IMG/VR virus record: IMGVR_UViG_3300009161_000023
Span: 64,001-128,000 of that record
DNA length: 64,000 bases
Origin: a virus
Reading direction: 5' to 3' (one strand)
Below the pieces are notes generated by a model, which saw only the letters and a program-made list of their open reading frames with translations, searched no databases and was not told the origin of the DNA. A program made the translations under genes and the position numbers. Positions 56,707 through 64,000 of this stretch are shown one piece after another. Position 1 is the first letter of the stretch, and every line of letters begins with the position of its first letter.

Positions 56707-57210
56707 TCAAATAAAATTAAGATTCCAATTCCAAGTAATCTGCATTTGATCCGTTTTGTTAATAGCACCAAAGGTTAACATACTGTACAAATCTCCTGTT
56801 CCCATAACTAATGCCATTTCGTTAATTGCATAACCATTAGCATCGTTATAAGTTAAAACAGAAGTGAAAATACCCTGAGTTTGATTAGTTGGATTAACTT
56901 GAGAAATAACAGGCTTAGTAGACCTTGTTATTCCATAAAGACCGTTTCTGTTAGAGTCTACATAAAGCGGAACTCCACCTGATTCTCCACCATCGCCAAA
57001 AATCATTGATTTAATATAATATTCAAAACTAGAAGCTATTTCACCTGCTTCGTTAGTGCATCCTTGTAAATTTCTAGTAAGCGATCTTACAAGGGCTTCT
57101 CTACCAGTCTTTAAAACTGTATTTTTAAAGTGACTTTTAATAGTTGAACCGTTTTTAAATTCTATAATCATGTCTACATCGCCAGTTGTTTCAACTCTAG
57201 AATTATACAT
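56707..57210 (-). CDS. Baseplate / tail-fibre attachment protein
   Basis: NTVLKTGRE..L, MIFGDGG, ANGYAINEMAL, F.AINK..I.WN.NF typical of phage fibre N-terminal/baseplate domains; start refined to ATG 57210. Confidence 0.7.
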   Translation of the reverse strand: MYNSRVETTGDVDMIIEFKNGSTIKSHFKNTVLKTGREALVRSLTRNLQGCTNEAGEIASSFEYYIKSMIFGDGGESGGVPLYVDSNRNGLYGITRSTKPVISQVNPTNQTQGIFTSVLTYNDANGYAINEMALVMGTGDLYSMLTFGAINKTDQMQITWNWNLNFI

Positions 57211-57211
57211 T

Positions 57212-60200
57212 TTAAACCTGACCTTTCGTATTGTTGCCATCTTTTGTTTCAATTGTAAAAGAAACATTTTCTTCTTGATTAATTATATCTGTTGGCCCAT
57301 CTTTCTTTTGGCCGTTATTTAATGCAATAACAGAATTATTTAAATTATCTAAATTTAAAGGAGAACTATCACATAGATAAATTTCATTATTTTGTTGATC
57401 TTTTCCAGACACCTGATTAGCTCCTCCTCTATTTAAATCATGAATTATTACATAATCACCAGTTGGCTTTAAGTAAATTTGTGGTATTCCATTTTCTCTA
57501 ATGAATTCATCATAATTTAAAGTAATAGTATAAATAATATTTTCTTTTTTCTTAAATTGCTTACAATTTACAGAAATAGAAGTACCGCCACTAAGATATG
57601 TGCCTAAATCTAATGGAAGTCCTTCAATCTCTAAATAATTGACTGATAATTCATTAAAGTAACTTACAATTTTATAAAAAACATCATTTATAACTAAAAT
57701 AAAATTTTCTTTAAAACTGTCATTATCTAATGAACCAGATATGGTTGAATCTTCAAAAACAGGAAGTAATGATGGTTTTTCAATTATTATTTTATTGTAA
57801 GCTAAGTTACCAGTGTGCTCTTTAACAACCCTATCTAATATCTTACCACTTGTTCCTATTACATCACCGTTTTCCCAATTGCTAATATAAAATTCATTTT
57901 CGTTATATCCATAACCTAAAACAACATATTGGGTGTCATCGTTTAAATAATAAAAATAATTTCCTATTTTTATTCTTTCAACTGCTTTGCCAAAATTGCC
58001 ATCATTTCCTATTACTAATCCTTTATTTTCAGAAGTTAAACTTCCATTAGATGAAAAATATATTTTTTCATTGTTTTCATTTAATAAGTCATAGTTAATA
58101 TCATCTATGGTTAAACCTTCTGATAATGAAGGTAAGGTAAAATCATTCTCTAGTACAATTGAACCATCAGGATTAACATCATAAATATTATAAATATTAA
58201 ATGTGTTTGGATATACAATATAATATTTTATTTTCCAACAATCATTTGATCTTTGGTTTTCTACATCTACAACAGTTGTAATATTGTTTTGTTTTTTTTC
58301 ATTTATTATTAGTTCATCTTTAAATGTATAAATGCTTTCTTGCTTAATTGTAAAGTTTGTACCAGTGTAATTTATGTTGCTTAATCTATAAGCAAATTCA
58401 GATTGGTTTATAGGTTGAGAAATTAATGCTTCTTCATATATTCTAATTAGATTTTTTTTAGGCTCAAAAACAGTATATTTACCAGTGTTTGAACTTGGAT
58501 TTAATATTTCAAGCAAAGTATTTACTCTTGAATTAATACCAAGTTCTGAAAAATCTACTAAAGGAGAAAATAGGTTTATTTCTTTGTTGTATCCTTTAAC
58601 TGTTTCATTGCCAAGATTGTCCATTATTGCTAATGCATTACGATGAACAACTCTTTGTAATAATCCCAAAAACATATTTCTATTAAAAGCCATTTGAGCA
58701 TTACCAGAAATAATAGTTTCTGTTAGCTTGTAAGTAATCAAAGCCTCTATTTTTTCTTCTGGCGGAAGAATCATAGTTTCAAAGAAACCAGAATAATTTA
58801 AACTATGTAAAATACTGTGAAATGGCGTAAACTCTTTAAGTACATTGAAAACTTCTTGAATTCTTTCACTGTTTAAATTTTCAATTTCAACATCTAAATT
58901 GTAAAGCGTTGATAAATAACCATTGCATGTATCTAAGAAATTCTTGTCAATATCACAAGGGTTTTCACTCTCTCTTAAAGAACCATTGTATTCATCCATG
59001 TTGTAAATGTTTTCAGAATATGGAAATTCTGTTCTAATATCTCCGAAAACAATTGGATCATGAAATGCGTTTTTAAATGGTATAATTTCATTGATTAATA
59101 CATCATCTTCTTCTATTACTTTGGCATTCCAATTTTTCAACGGATGAATTATATTTAAATCGTTTCTAAGGTCTGCAACAGGTAAACTCCTGATGTAATT
59201 TTCTATTATTTGCTCTGAATCATATTCTACTTTTCTTATTTGATAAATTATTTTTATTGCTTCACCGTCTTTTAATGAAATTCCAATTAATATTAATGTG
59301 CTTTTATTATTACTTGTTTCTATTTCAATGTTAGAAATAGGAATCTCTATAAAACTATTATTCTTAGCACGATAATACAAAACAAAATTTTCATCGTTAA
59401 TTGGTAAGCTTATTTTAGAAAGATCAAATCTTATTTTATTACTATCTCCATAAAAAACATCAACCCAAGTGTATTTTGAGTAAATCTGATAAAGTTGAGT
59501 GTATTTTTTAAGTATTATACCAGCATCACCCAAAGCAGAATTTAATCCATTTAGCGTTCCTTTCATTTTGAAATTAGGAATAGCTTTTGCAATCTGTCTT
59601 CTCCATCTTATTGGATCATTTGATTTAAATTCTAAACGATATAAATTTCCCAGATAAGATAATAAATGCTCTGGTATTAAATTTGAATCAATTAAAGTAG
59701 CAATATTATTTGCTAAGTTCTCAGTATAAGAAAATGCATCTCCTACAGCATTATTAAACTTTTCTAATATTTCTGGACTTACATCCGTTGTACTTAAATA
59801 ATTCTTGTAAAGATCAGGCAAATATCTATTTAATAAATTTGTATACTTTTTTTCATTTGTTTCTAAATTCTTAGGAGAAATATAACTTGATGTATTTGAC
59901 GATAAAGAAAAATAAATACTAGAAGAAAGTAATTGAGAAGATATATTTGGTCGCCAACTATAGGAAATAAAATAATCTCCCTCTCTTAAACCACTTTGCT
60001 CAAATTTAAATTTAAAATGACCATTGACTATGTTGCTATCGTTATCGATAACTTTCTTAATTATAAATCCTTTTTTTTCTGGAGTCCAAACTGGATTTTC
60101 TGAAGATCCAAATTTTGCTACAGCAATTAAATTATCAAATTCAACTTTGTTTAAAGATTTCTGAAGCAAATCCCTTTGTGCAATTTTTAATTTTTCTTTT

Positions 60201-60454
60201 AAATCTTGATTATTTGGATATTCGTATGAAGCTTGTTTTAATTCTAGATACTTTACTTCTAAAGTAGGATCACTTATATTAATATTTCTGAAACTTGATT
60301 TATCATAAACAAAATTTCTTTCAACAAAATATACAGTAATTGATGTTACTTCATAAGGATCTGATTTAAAAACACAATTAGTATTTGGAGTATATAAATC
60401 AAATACTATTGTGTCGCTTACTTTCGGATTTTTTGTGTAATATTTTTCTGCCAT
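57212..60454 (-). CDS. Large baseplate wedge protein (T4 gp7 / P2 gpI-like)
   Basis: HLLSYLGNLY...RWRRQIAKAI..KMKGT..GL..AL motif; directly downstream of gp6. Confidence 0.75.
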   Translation of the reverse strand: MAEKYYTKNPKVSDTIVFDLYTPNTNCVFKSDPYEVTSITVYFVERNFVYDKSSFRNINISDPTLEVKYLELKQASYEYPNNQDLKEKLKIAQRDLLQKSLNKVEFDNLIAVAKFGSSENPVWTPEKKGFIIKKVIDNDSNIVNGHFKFKFEQSGLREGDYFISYSWRPNISSQLLSSSIYFSLSSNTSSYISPKNLETNEKKYTNLLNRYLPDLYKNYLSTTDVSPEILEKFNNAVGDAFSYTENLANNIATLIDSNLIPEHLLSYLGNLYRLEFKSNDPIRWRRQIAKAIPNFKMKGTLNGLNSALGDAGIILKKYTQLYQIYSKYTWVDVFYGDSNKIRFDLSKISLPINDENFVLYYRAKNNSFIEIPISNIEIETSNNKSTLILIGISLKDGEAIKIIYQIRKVEYDSEQIIENYIRSLPVADLRNDLNIIHPLKNWNAKVIEEDDVLINEIIPFKNAFHDPIVFGDIRTEFPYSENIYNMDEYNGSLRESENPCDIDKNFLDTCNGYLSTLYNLDVEIENLNSERIQEVFNVLKEFTPFHSILHSLNYSGFFETMILPPEEKIEALITYKLTETIISGNAQMAFNRNMFLGLLQRVVHRNALAIMDNLGNETVKGYNKEINLFSPLVDFSELGINSRVNTLLEILNPSSNTGKYTVFEPKKNLIRIYEEALISQPINQSEFAYRLSNINYTGTNFTIKQESIYTFKDELIINEKKQNNITTVVDVENQRSNDCWKIKYYIVYPNTFNIYNIYDVNPDGSIVLENDFTLPSLSEGLTIDDINYDLLNENNEKIYFSSNGSLTSENKGLVIGNDGNFGKAVERIKIGNYFYYLNDDTQYVVLGYGYNENEFYISNWENGDVIGTSGKILDRVVKEHTGNLAYNKIIIEKPSLLPVFEDSTISGSLDNDSFKENFILVINDVFYKIVSYFNELSVNYLEIEGLPLDLGTYLSGGTSISVNCKQFKKKENIIYTITLNYDEFIRENGIPQIYLKPTGDYVIIHDLNRGGANQVSGKDQQNNEIYLCDSSPLNLDNLNNSVIALNNGQKKDGPTDIINQEENVSFTIETKDGNNTKGQV

Positions 60455-60456
60455 AA

Positions 60457-62004
60457 TTAATTATACAAGAAGTTAATTGTTACGCTTTCTGGTCGAATAA
60501 TTTCATAGTACTTTATTGCAATTGTTTTAGCAAATGGAACTTCTACAGTACTGAAAACAATATCTATTGTTTTAATTTGTTTTAAATCTGACAAAGCTTG
60601 AATAATATCTGATTCTTGTAAAGCTTGACCATAATCCCAATTTGTTAAATTAAAATAAAAATCAATTTTACTCTCCATAGATGCTCTGATGTTGTCTTCG
60701 AATTTCTTGTAGAATTTATCTAAAGTAACATCAATTAAAACATTAACATCTACTACTTCTCCATCTCTAATACAAATATTATCAGTAAGCATTTTAATTT
60801 CATTCAAAGAATCAGTTAGTTCTTCTTTAAATTGACTGCTAGCCTTAGATAAACCACTATTGCCACTTCTAACTAATACAAATAAATCAATGATATTTGC
60901 AGCACATCCATAATTTCTTAATGCAGCAAGTGCTTTTCCAGTTATACCATTGTAAACAGTAGCAAATTGATTTGCAAATGTTTTATAATCTTCTCCAGAT
61001 ACAGCACGATTTTGAGTTCTTAAATATAAAGGTATTTTACTTCTAATGTCTTCTATAGTATCACCTGAATAACCAAATTCTGCTTTTGTGTAATTAGTTA
61101 AACTAACAGTAATTATATTAACGCTTCCTTCAATACTTACTATTGTTTGTGAATTTGCAAAATTTGTAACAATATCTCCGTTGGGACTTCCACCAGTACG
61201 ATAAATTACATTAATATTAGTGCCAGAAGATGGAACTAATCCACCTTTGCCATTTCCAAAAATAAGATTTGCACTGTAATCAGGATTGTATTCTATTAAA
61301 TATTCTTTGTTTGCCGATCCAGAAGTAAAAAAATCAACCTGATCCCATTCTTGCCCATCAACAACTACTCTTATAGAATCTGAAATAATTGATATTGCAT
61401 CTAATTGTAATATTTGATTTATTTCTCCATTAGAAATAAAAGTATTTTCTCTTGTAATACCAGCTACACCAACTATATTTGAATTAATTAATTGACCTGC
61501 TCTGATAACAATTGGTTCATTAAATATAGGCCTGTTTAAAGAATCAGCAGGATAAAGCTCAAACCTACTAGGAATTTGATTTGAAACAATATCAATATTA
61601 AAAGGTGTTTCTATTTTAACATCAAAATCTTGAACAGAATTAATTCTTGCAGAAAACAATGCTTTTGAACCAATAGGAGGCTGAGGCTTTAATCCTGCTA
61701 GTTTTGCTAATCTAAATATATTATCTAATTCTGTAACCGTATCAATAAATACTTCATTTGCAATTTGATCAATTTTAAAAGAAAGGGTATCTGCTAAAAA
61801 TGCAAAATTTTCAATTAACATTATAGCAAGACTAGATTCTACAAAATCGTTGAAATCATTACCAAACTTTTCTTTGATGAAGCTTACCAACCTAGATTTC
61901 ATTGAATAAAAATCTTGATTTGTATAATTTAAAGAAACTATATTTGTTTGTTTTGGAGTTACTCCAATATCATAAGGTGTAATAATATCACATTTTTCTT
62001 GCAT
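60457..62004 (-). CDS. gp6: Baseplate wedge subunit, T4 gp6 / baseplate J-like
   Basis: YTNQDFYSMKSRL, FGNGKGG.VP, YRTGG..G, RAVSGEDY. Confidence 0.92.
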   Translation of the reverse strand: MQEKCDIITPYDIGVTPKQTNIVSLNYTNQDFYSMKSRLVSFIKEKFGNDFNDFVESSLAIMLIENFAFLADTLSFKIDQIANEVFIDTVTELDNIFRLAKLAGLKPQPPIGSKALFSARINSVQDFDVKIETPFNIDIVSNQIPSRFELYPADSLNRPIFNEPIVIRAGQLINSNIVGVAGITRENTFISNGEINQILQLDAISIISDSIRVVVDGQEWDQVDFFTSGSANKEYLIEYNPDYSANLIFGNGKGGLVPSSGTNINVIYRTGGSPNGDIVTNFANSQTIVSIEGSVNIITVSLTNYTKAEFGYSGDTIEDIRSKIPLYLRTQNRAVSGEDYKTFANQFATVYNGITGKALAALRNYGCAANIIDLFVLVRSGNSGLSKASSQFKEELTDSLNEIKMLTDNICIRDGEVVDVNVLIDVTLDKFYKKFEDNIRASMESKIDFYFNLTNWDYGQALQESDIIQALSDLKQIKTIDIVFSTVEVPFAKTIAIKYYEIIRPESVTINFLYN

Positions 62005-62007
62005 TTT

Positions 62008-62433
62008 TTATAATTCTCCCCCTGTAGGTAATTGTATCGTCAACACCTCAACATAATCAATTTTTTGTGGATCAAAAAAGCTTATACTTATGCTTAATAC
62101 ATGATCATTTGAATTTAATTCATTTGCATTTTCAGAACTGCTTTCACGACCATTTGTAATATCTATTTGAGAAATAACAATTCTTGGTTCCCAAGATTCT
62201 ATGGAATTTGCTATAAGTCTTTTAGTCTCAGCTACTAACGCTGCATCATTAGGTGAAAACAATAACTTTCTTAAAGGAGTTCCATAACTTGGCAGCATTA
62301 CTCTTTCTTTTGGATTAGTGAGTAATAATTGGATTAAATCAGATTTTAAAGTGGCTATTCCTTCTTGTGAAAATAAATATCCTAACGGACTTTTACTTAT
62401 TGGATAAGGAATACCTTTTAATACGAAACTCAT
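62008..62433 (-). CDS. gp25: Baseplate wedge / sheath initiator gp25-like
   Basis: LLLTNPKERVMLPSYGT.LRKLLF, ESWEPRI. Confidence 0.92.
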   Translation of the reverse strand: MSFVLKGIPYPISKSPLGYLFSQEGIATLKSDLIQLLLTNPKERVMLPSYGTPLRKLLFSPNDAALVAETKRLIANSIESWEPRIVISQIDITNGRESSSENANELNSNDHVLSISISFFDPQKIDYVEVLTIQLPTGGEL

Positions 62434-62460
62434 ACTATTATGTAGTAATTAAATATATTT

Positions 62461-64000
62461 TTAAACAACTAGATTGTTATTATTGTTGTTATTGTTGTTA
62501 TTATTGTTATTTTCATCAGAAACTGGATTAATTGCTGCTATTGATACAACTTTGGCATCGTCACTACAAGAACCAAATATTCTATCTGAAATTCTTAATT
62601 TTCCATCTTTGTAAACAATTACAGGAGCAATACAGAAAGTATCTTCTTTTGTAGATTTAGTTTTACAATCTCCAAGTCCTGCAAGTAAGTAAATCCTTTT
62701 CTTTGATGCATTGAAAAAATATTCATTTACACGATAATCATAATTGTCAGTTATGGATACTCTATCTTTTGTAACTAAACTTAATTTATCTGCTGGATTA
62801 TTTTTAGAATTACCTACAATTTCATAAGTGCTATCATAACTGTATTGTAAATAATTTCCTCCAGCCCTTAAATAAACATAACCTCTTCCAATAGGCCTTT
62901 CTTGCATTTCTAAAACATGAGAACCACGCTCCTTGTTATCTTTTTGTGGTGCAGTTAACCTTAAAAATTGACTAGCTGTTTTTTCTTGATCGTTTCTGTC
63001 GCTCATGTAAAGTTCAAGGCCATAACCACTTCTTAATTGAATATAAGCATTTGTTGCATTGCTCACAGGAAAATTATTCTCAGTCCTACATTCCATACTT
63101 TTTTGGAAAACGCCTTCATCAATCATTTTAAATACATGATTACTAGTAGAATTCATGGTTATTCCACGATTTGAACCACCAGTGCCAGGACATTCAGATA
63201 AAGTTTCATCGCATAAAAATATTTCATTGTTTAATGCAGATTTTATCCTTATTCCGTTATCAGCAGATCTTACTTTAGATGGTTGTTCATAATCAATCAT
63301 TGAAATTGAATGACCTGTACAACTCTTCCAATATGTTCTTCCTAAATACTTATCATTACATCCAAAATCAAAAGATTCTAAAGACCTTTGCCATTCAGGT
63401 GTTCCTCTAGGTTCTTCAACGCTATCATCCATAACAAAAGTATGACCAGATATAGAAAGAAGTTGTATTCCTGTTTGGGGAAGATCACATTTGTTATTCT
63501 GAGGTGTCTGTGGTCCTTTTATTGGCCTACATTCATTTGCTGATTTAAAAAAAGGATTTGTTCCTTTTTGAGTATTTGCGTAAATAGTTCCTTCTGGAGT
63601 ATCGGGATGACCACCAATTACATTTTCAGACTGCTTGCCACAACTTACTGGATTAGGGAAACCTTCTGGAGTTTCTTTTGAAAATGGTAAACCAGGTTCT
63701 ATAATATCAGTTATATAATCAAATCCTTTTGGTTCTTGGAAAGCAGTATCACTTTGTGGCGTTAAAGCAGTAACATCTTCATTGATATTTGGTTCTTTCG
63801 CATCAACATAACAATTTGTACTACCATCTCTGGTTCCATCTCCACATTGAGGATGTGCCCATTGACCAGCGTAGTGTAAATGATCATCTTTAAAAATCAT
63901 CCAATTACCACACCCAGATAAAAGCTCCATCCTTTTCCACTTCCTATTGCATTTACCATCACCATCAACCATTTTAAGCATGTGTTTTTCAGGAGTTTTA
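62461..64000 (-). CDS. Baseplate hub spike gp5/VgrG-like, 3' part only (5' end beyond the window)
   Basis: Frame stays open upstream of the track start (KTPEKHMLKMVDGD); repeated S.SGH.F.MDD-type units; upstream of gp25-gp6. Confidence 0.75.
   Translation of the reverse strand, partial: KTPEKHMLKMVDGDGKCNRKWKRMELLSGCGNWMIFKDDHLHYAGQWAHPQCGDGTRDGSTNCYVDAKEPNINEDVTALTPQSDTAFQEPKGFDYITDIIEPGLPFSKETPEGFPNPVSCGKQSENVIGGHPDTPEGTIYANTQKGTNPFFKSANECRPIKGPQTPQNNKCDLPQTGIQLLSISGHTFVMDDSVEEPRGTPEWQRSLESFDFGCNDKYLGRTYWKSCTGHSISMIDYEQPSKVRSADNGIRIKSALNNEIFLCDETLSECPGTGGSNRGITMNSTSNHVFKMIDEGVFQKSMECRTENNFPVSNATNAYIQLRSGYGLELYMSDRNDQEKTASQFLRLTAPQKDNKERGSHVLEMQERPIGRGYVYLRAGGNYLQYSYDSTYEIVGNSKNNPADKLSLVTKDRVSITDNYDYRVNEYFFNASKKRIYLLAGLGDCKTKSTKEDTFCIAPVIVYKDGKLRISDRIFGSCSDDAKVVSIAAINPVSDENNNNNNNNNNNNNLVV

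Overview
A 64-kb, very AT-rich segment of a large T4-like tailed phage (jumbo myovirus type), read in the standard genetic code. It holds the head and packaging module (terminase gp17-like, portal gp20-like with a 231-aa intein, prohead protease gp21, scaffold gp22-like, major capsid gp23), neck genes (gp13- and gp14-like, plus an apparent second gp14 paralog) and a baseplate/fibre block (gp5/VgrG-like cut by the right edge, gp25, gp6, gp7-like, three AEHHN/PKD proteins). Two DNA-metabolism genes (primase, Cas4-like nuclease) and many accessory genes are interspersed. Best candidates for novel biology: (1) a salactin-like actin ATPase in a tight operon with two possible adaptor proteins; (2) a possible virion glycosylation/sulfation toolkit (about five GT-like genes, two sulfotransferases) alongside several Thr/Pro/Ser mucin-like proteins; (3) four small fibre/decoration genes sharing an N-terminal peptide and a duplicated 46-nt leader; (4) proteins with T4-like capsid-targeting N-termini, one resembling an HsdS recognition domain; (5) a 1415-aa protein built of about 70 graded Pro-x-x-Pro-x-Ile-x-Phe repeats. 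Smaller regulatory signals include a start-codon-sequestering hairpin, a probable ATT start codon and a self-complementary TATATA motif between divergent genes. No tRNA, rRNA, CRISPR array, integrase or reverse transcriptase was seen. All family assignments come from motif recognition by eye; no searches were run. Several starts were refined relative to the ORF track.
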